Shown: one piece after another, positions 59,689 to 64,000 of the stretch
How the letters are laid out: the number at the start of each line of letters is the position of its first letter
How positions within the stretch are numbered: the first letter of the stretch is position 1
From: an uncultured Actinomycetota bacterium
Lineage (GTDB): Bacteria > Actinomycetota > Actinomycetes > Streptosporangiales > Streptosporangiaceae
Direction: 5' to 3'
Length of the DNA: 64,000 bases
Assembly: GCA_963727015.1 (NCBI GenBank)
Contig: CAVSEV010000012.1
Span: forward strand, 214,131-278,130
Notes under the pieces: model-generated
What the model saw: the letters and a program-made list of their open reading frames with translations, nothing else
What the model was told of the DNA's origin: nothing
Databases searched by the model: none
Made by a program: the position numbers and the translations under genes

Positions 59689-59762
59689 CTTCGGCTCACA
59701 CTCTCTATGGCCATCCTTCAGCTGGGGCCATGCACGCCCGACGGCGCTGTCGGGCGCACATC

Positions 59763-60299
59763 TCAATCATCGCCGATCGGCGGAATGCCTGGCGCGGGGT
59801 CCTGCTCACCAAGCGCACCCGCGGCTTCGCGCTCCGCCACAGCCCAGCCGCGATGCATGCGGGCCCTTTCGCCGTATACGGCGCTTCCGCTGACGCCGCT
59901 GATCGCAAGTTCCTCGAGCTTGGCGGCGGTGCGATCGTGGGCAACCGCGGCGCGAAGGTGTGCGGACGCACTTCGGTCAGCCGCCTCGCTCGCGCGCTCC
60001 TGCGCGAGGCGCACGTAGTGCGCCGCACGGCCAACCTGCTCGGGCGTCGAACCCTTGCCCATCCGGGCGTCTTCCATCCGCTGGTTACGCTCATGCAGAT
60101 CACGAATGCGGTCGTCAATCTGCAGCGCCCGCAACCGGACGTGCTTGGCGGCATCAACCGCGCGGCCCGCGCCGTCGCCTCGTTCAGCGCCGTCGCGTTC
60201 TTGAGCGCAGCCGCGTTTTTGAGCGCCGCCGCGTTTCTGTGCGCGGTCGCCTCGTTCAGCGCCGTCGCCTGGTTCAGCGCGCTCGGCACCATGCATTAG
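59763..60299 (-). CDS. Hypothetical coiled-coil protein with an N-terminal repeat region
   Basis: ...RAVDAAKHVRLRALQIDDRIRDLHERNQRMEDARMGKGSTPEQVGRAAHYVRLAQERASEAADRSASAHLRAAV. Plus-strand alternative (59730..60299) judged less protein-like. Weak call. Confidence 0.3.
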   Translation of the reverse strand, partial: LMHGAERAEPGDGAERGDRAQKRGGAQKRGCAQERDGAERGDGAGRAVDAAKHVRLRALQIDDRIRDLHERNQRMEDARMGKGSTPEQVGRAAHYVRLAQERASEAADRSASAHLRAAVAHDRTAAKLEELAISGVSGSAVYGERARMHRGWAVAEREAAGALGEQDPAPGIPPIGDD

Positions 60300-60529
60300 T
60301 CTGTTACCTCTGTTATCGCTGCTATCTCTGTTATCGCTGCTATCTCTGCGACCGCAATCCCTGGCGGCCCCTGGCCTCCAAGCTAGACCACTCATCACGG
60401 TCACAAGTGATACCGGCGCGGATCTGCGCGGCTAGTGCCATGGGACCCATACCTGGTCACACGCACGCCGAGCCGTGTGACAGGCGGATCACCTCCACCC
60501 GGGTCACGCGGTGAGGCCCGCTTCCTGGA

Positions 60530-60691
60530 TCAATGCGGCAATGCGATCACGAATAACCATGGTTTGCGTCGGGCCGGATCATGGGTGGTGAGGGTTAATC
60601 CGCGGTCTACGGATCCCTGAAGCAGTTGGCCGGCCGCGAGCGTCACCCCCGCGGCGCACTCATCCGGGACCTTGATCTCGATCACCATCAT
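60530..60691 (-). CDS. Small hypothetical protein (53 aa) with a good RBS
   Basis: cAGGAGAgtggcccgATGATGGTGATCGAGATCAAGGTCCCGGATGAGTGC... (MMVIEIKVPDECAAGVTLAAGQLLQGSVDRGL...). Weak. Confidence 0.25.
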   Translation of the reverse strand: MMVIEIKVPDECAAGVTLAAGQLLQGSVDRGLTLTTHDPARRKPWLFVIALPH

Positions 60692-61280
60692 CGGGCCACT
60701 CTCCTGAGTGCTACCCGGATCGACCACGCCCACATCACGGCAACGGGGCGGGGCCAAACCCTTCGTGCATAGTACGTCAGGGAAGGCCGCGGCCAAAGGA
60801 ATGCGCGCGGGCAGCCCCGGCCGCACGGGCAGCCCGGCCACGCGGGCAGCCCCGGCCACGCGGACAGCCCCGGCAAGGCGGCGGGCGGCCCTGCCAGGTG
60901 ACTCGACGGCGCTGGCTGCCGTCGTCTACCCTGCCGTACCTGCGCAAGCCCCCGGTCCGGCTTGATCCCTCAGCGGCATCAAGATCACCAGCGGCAGATC
61001 GGGCGAGATGAGCCGCATGGGGTCATGATCGCCGACGGAACCGGCGGGACATGATGTCTACCCAAAGAGATCATCCGCCGCCTCAGAGCGGTACGCGGCC
61101 CGTCAGGGAATCGAGCCTTACAGTCCGCTGGATGCGGGCTGTCACCGGGATCCGTGCTGTCACCGGGATCCGTGCTGTCACCGGGATCCGCGCTGCCACC
61201 GGGCACGCGCTGCCACCGCGCACGCTGCCACCGGGCACGCGCTGCCACCGGATGCCGACTGCTGGCGGGGCTGCTGCTAC

Positions 61281-61466
61281 GGCGTAGCAGATCTCGGTGG
61301 ATGCGGGCCGTGCTCCAGGCAGCCATCCGGCAAGGCCCTGCTTGTTCTCGAGGAGTCGACAGTGGAACTATCGACGACGACAGTGCCATCCACAACCCCG
61401 GTCGTCCGGCTGGGGTCGTGGGCGGCACCTTCGCGCCGCCAAAGATCTGCCGGGATGCGCCCTAGA
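61281..61466. mobile_element. MITE/REP-like element, full copy E
   Basis: GGCGTAGCAGATCTCGGTGGATGCGGGCCGTGCTCCAGGCAGCCATCCGGCAAGGCCCTGCTTGTTCTCGAGGAGTCGACAGTGGAAC...GCGCCGCCAAAGATCTGCCGGGATGCGCCCTAG. Sits between the small ORF and the metK 3' end. Confidence 0.6.
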
Positions 61467-62655
61467 TGTGGGCTGCTGCGCGAAGTGCCTCGACCCGGTC
61501 GGTGCGCTCCCAGGAGAAGTCGGGCTCCTCGCGGCCGAAATGACCGTAGGCGGCGGTCTGGGAGTATATCGGCCGCAGGAGATCAAGATCACGGATGATG
61601 GCCGCGGGGCGAAGATCGAAGACCTCGAGCACGGCACGCTGGATCACGTCCACCGCGACGTGTTCTGTGCCAAAGCACTCGACGAACAGCCCCACCGGCT
61701 TGGCCTTGCCGATGGCGTATGCGACCTGCGTCTCGCACCGATCGGCCAAACCTGCGCCAACGACGTTCTTGGCCACCCAGCGCATCGCGTACGCGGCGCT
61801 GCGGTCCACCTTGGACGGGTCCTTGCCGGAGAAGGCTCCTCCCCCGTGCCTGGCCATGCCGCCATAGGTATCGATGATGATCTTCCGGCCTGTCAGGCCC
61901 GCGTCACCCATCGGCCCACCGATCTCGAATCGCCCGGTGGGATTGACGAGCAGCCGGTAGTTGTCCGTGTCAAGCTCGATTCCGTCGAGTATGGGGGTGA
62001 CCACAAGCTCGCGGACGTCGGGCGCGAGCAGCTCGCGCAGGTCAATATCGGGCGCATGCTGGGAGGAAACCACCACGGTGTCAAGCCGGATCGGTTGCGC
62101 ACCGTCATATTCGATGGTGACCTGGGTCTTGCCGTCCGGGCGCAGGTAGGGGACGACCCCGTTGCGCCGCACCTCGGTGAGCTGCTTCGCGAGCCGGTGC
62201 GCGAGCATGATCGGCAGGGGCATCAGTTCCGGCGTCTCACGGGAGGCATAGCCGAACATCAGGCCCTGGTCACCAGCGCCTTGCTGGTCGAACTCGTCGG
62301 TGCCCTCGCCCTCTCGCCGTTCGTAGGCGTCGTCTACCCCCTGGGCGATGTCCGGTGACTGTGCCCCGATCGAGACCGAGACACCGCAAGAGGCCCCGTC
62401 ATAGCCCTTGGCGGAGGAGTCATAGCCGATCTCCAGGATCTTGTCCCTGATGATCCCTGGAATGTCGACGTAGGTCTTGGTGGTGACCTCGCCCGCGACG
62501 TGTACCTGGCCAGTTGTGATCAAGGTCTCAACGGCAACCCGGCTCCGCTGGTCATCCTTGATCATCGCATCGAGAATGGCGTCACTGATCTGGTCAGCCA
62601 TCTTGTCCGGGTGGCCTTCCGTGACCGACTCGGAAGTAAAAAGGCGACGTGACAC
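61462..62655 (-). CDS. metK: S-adenosylmethionine synthetase
   Basis: 397 aa. [30 protein letters not shown]...[12 protein letters not shown]...[19 protein letters not shown]. Confidence 0.95.
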   Translation of the reverse strand: MSRRLFTSESVTEGHPDKMADQISDAILDAMIKDDQRSRVAVETLITTGQVHVAGEVTTKTYVDIPGIIRDKILEIGYDSSAKGYDGASCGVSVSIGAQSPDIAQGVDDAYERREGEGTDEFDQQGAGDQGLMFGYASRETPELMPLPIMLAHRLAKQLTEVRRNGVVPYLRPDGKTQVTIEYDGAQPIRLDTVVVSSQHAPDIDLRELLAPDVRELVVTPILDGIELDTDNYRLLVNPTGRFEIGGPMGDAGLTGRKIIIDTYGGMARHGGGAFSGKDPSKVDRSAAYAMRWVAKNVVGAGLADRCETQVAYAIGKAKPVGLFVECFGTEHVAVDVIQRAVLEVFDLRPAAIIRDLDLLRPIYSQTAAYGHFGREEPDFSWERTDRVEALRAAAHI

Positions 62656-62844
62656 TTGATTCCCTCTTCTGCGACGGCCGCACCGTGCACACGGTCAGGT
62701 TCTATGTGCGCGGACGCGGAATCCAGCCCGGCATATGGCGATTTGCCGAAGTTTAGCCGAGGAGCCAGCCTGCGGGTCCAGCCGGAAGCATACCGGGCGC
62801 CGGGTGCCAGGTGGCACAGGCAGGGCTGATGTGCGCGCCGCGGC

Positions 62845-63028
62845 GAGGGCATGTCTCGCAGATCTTTGGCGGCGCGGCAGCGCCGTCCACGGTGACCCCA
62901 GACGGGCGGCCGGGGTCACCGACGGCACTGTCGTCGTCGCCGGTAGCTCCACTATCGGCTCCTCGAGAACAAGCAGGGCCTTGCCGGTCGCCGCCGCATC
63001 CACCGAGATCTGCGAGACATGCCCTAGC
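62845..63028. mobile_element. MITE/REP-like element, full copy F, between metK and coaBC
   Basis: GAGGGCATGTCTCGCAGATCTTTGGCGGCGCGG...core...CCGCCGCATCCACCGAGATCTGCGAGACATGCCCTAG. The TIRs pair perfectly with each other but differ from those of copies B and E. Confidence 0.6.
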
Positions 63029-64000
63029 TAGGAACCACCCGGTTGCAGCCGTTGCGTGACCAGATCCCACACCTGGTCGGCAAGAATCTCCTTGGGCACA
63101 CGCGGGATCTCGGTGACCGTGCCGTCTGCGCCGAGTACGAGCGCGGCGTTGTCGCCGGTCCCGAAGGCCAGCCCCTTGCCCACCTGGTTGACGACAAGCA
63201 GGTCGCAGCCCTTCCTGGCAAGTTTCTCGCGCCCGGCGGCGAGCACATCGTCGGTCTCGGCGCCGAAGCCGACTATCACCTGTCCCGGCCGCCGCCCCTG
63301 CGTCCTATGGTCCCGATTGTTCCTATGGTCTCCGCTGTCCCCATGGTCTCTAGTGTCTCTATGGTCTCCGCTTTCCCCTTGGTCCCAGATGCCCCTGTGG
63401 TCCCTGTTGTTGACGAGCTCCTTCAGGACATCGGGATTCTCGGTCAGGGTGATCGGATCTGCGACGTGGCCGCTCTTCTTGATCTTTGTTTCGCTGCGCG
63501 CGGCAGGGCGGAAATCCGCTACCGCGGCGGCCATCACCACGGCATCGGCGGTATCCGCCGCTGCCAGCATGGCCGCACGCAACTGACGGGCGGACGTTAC
63601 GCGGACGACGGTGGCGCCGGCCGGATCAGGCAGTGCCACGTTCGCGGCTACCAGGGTTACCTCGGCGCCGCGGGCTACCGCCGTGCGGGCAAGGGCGTAG
63701 CCCTGCCGGCCCGAGGACCAGTTGCCGAGGAAGCGCACCGGGTCGAGCTCCTCGCGCGTCCCTCCGGCAGAGACAAGCACGCGTCGCCCGGCCAGATCCG
63801 GGTTCAGGCCTGCCGCGCCGCGGGCGAGCAGCCGGATGGCCGTGTCGAAAAGCTCGGCCGCCTCGGGGAGCCGGCCGGGCCCGCTGTCGGCACCGGTGAG
63901 GCGTCCGGCGGCGGGCTCGATCACGATCGCACCGCGCTCGCGAAGCAGCGTCACGTTGGCACGGGTGGCGGCATGCTCCCACATCTCGGTGTGCATCGCG
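63028..64000 (-). CDS. coaBC: Bifunctional phosphopantothenoylcysteine decarboxylase / phosphopantothenate-cysteine ligase, 3' part (N-terminus beyond window), with an in-frame (DHRxxGDSG)-type repeat insertion
   Basis: CoaB ligase half: VLVSAGGTREELDPVRFLGNWSSGRQGYALA...KIKKS...GFGAETDD. Inserted block NNRDHRGIWDQGESGDHRDTRDHGDSGDHRNNRDHR encoded by 21-nt tandem repeats at 63295-63420. Confidence 0.85.
   Translation of the reverse strand, partial: AMHTEMWEHAATRANVTLLRERGAIVIEPAAGRLTGADSGPGRLPEAAELFDTAIRLLARGAAGLNPDLAGRRVLVSAGGTREELDPVRFLGNWSSGRQGYALARTAVARGAEVTLVAANVALPDPAGATVVRVTSARQLRAAMLAAADTADAVVMAAAVADFRPAARSETKIKKSGHVADPITLTENPDVLKELVNNRDHRGIWDQGESGDHRDTRDHGDSGDHRNNRDHRTQGRRPGQVIVGFGAETDDVLAAGREKLARKGCDLLVVNQVGKGLAFGTGDNAALVLGADGTVTEIPRVPKEILADQVWDLVTQRLQPGGS

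Noticed and set aside
59730-60299. Plus-strand 189-aa ORF opposite the coiled-coil hypothetical
   Set aside because: The composition (FLSAAAFLSAAAFL) mirrors the 18-nt repeat. The minus-strand frame gives a more protein-like coiled coil. Both are low confidence.

Overview
This is a very GC-rich (about 70%+) actinobacterial chromosomal segment. Most of it is conserved housekeeping genes, with three accessory-looking inserts and an unusual density of repeats.

**Housekeeping content** (mostly minus strand). Gene symbols are pattern-matched from the translations.
- Positions 1-9.7 kb: methyltransferase fragment, flavoprotein, ggt, nusB, efp, Xaa-Pro aminopeptidase, an LLM oxidoreductase, and aroQ-aroB-aroK-aroC.
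- Positions 33.7-51 kb: AKR, YidC-like insertase, Na+/H+ antiporter, aldose epimerase, MocA/XdhC-like pair, hisG, ribH-ribBA-ribE preceded by an FMN riboswitch, rpe, rsmB, fmt and def.
- Positions 54-64 kb: priA, metK and the 3' part of coaBC.

**Accessory inserts.**
- 9.8-12.4 kb: a tandemly duplicated module of a proline-rich secreted protein plus a class F sortase, with the sortase reduced to a stub in copy 1.
- 26.1-33.6 kb: a minus-strand operon of NfeD, an SPFH/flotillin domain fused to a GT2 glycosyltransferase, a response-regulator receiver fused to a PIG-L deacetylase, an ATP-grasp ligase, a PHP phosphoesterase and a processive GT2 synthase. I regard this as the best candidate for an undescribed, flotillin-associated, phospho-regulated glycopolymer synthesis and modification system.
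- 56.5-60.4 kb: a kinase-less CheB-like, CheR-like and PAS-coiled-coil-PAS module lying between priA and metK.

**Repeats.**
- A dispersed MITE/REP-like element of about 190 bp with compensatory terminal inverted repeats, in at least 6-8 copies, all intergenic.
- Many tandem repeats of 15, 18 or 21 nt. These are inserted in-frame into housekeeping genes (aroK, ribBA, rsmB, coaBC, the MocA-like gene) and also sit in promoter regions.
- Several long perfect palindromes.

All calls come from reading the translations and sequence by eye. No database searches were run.
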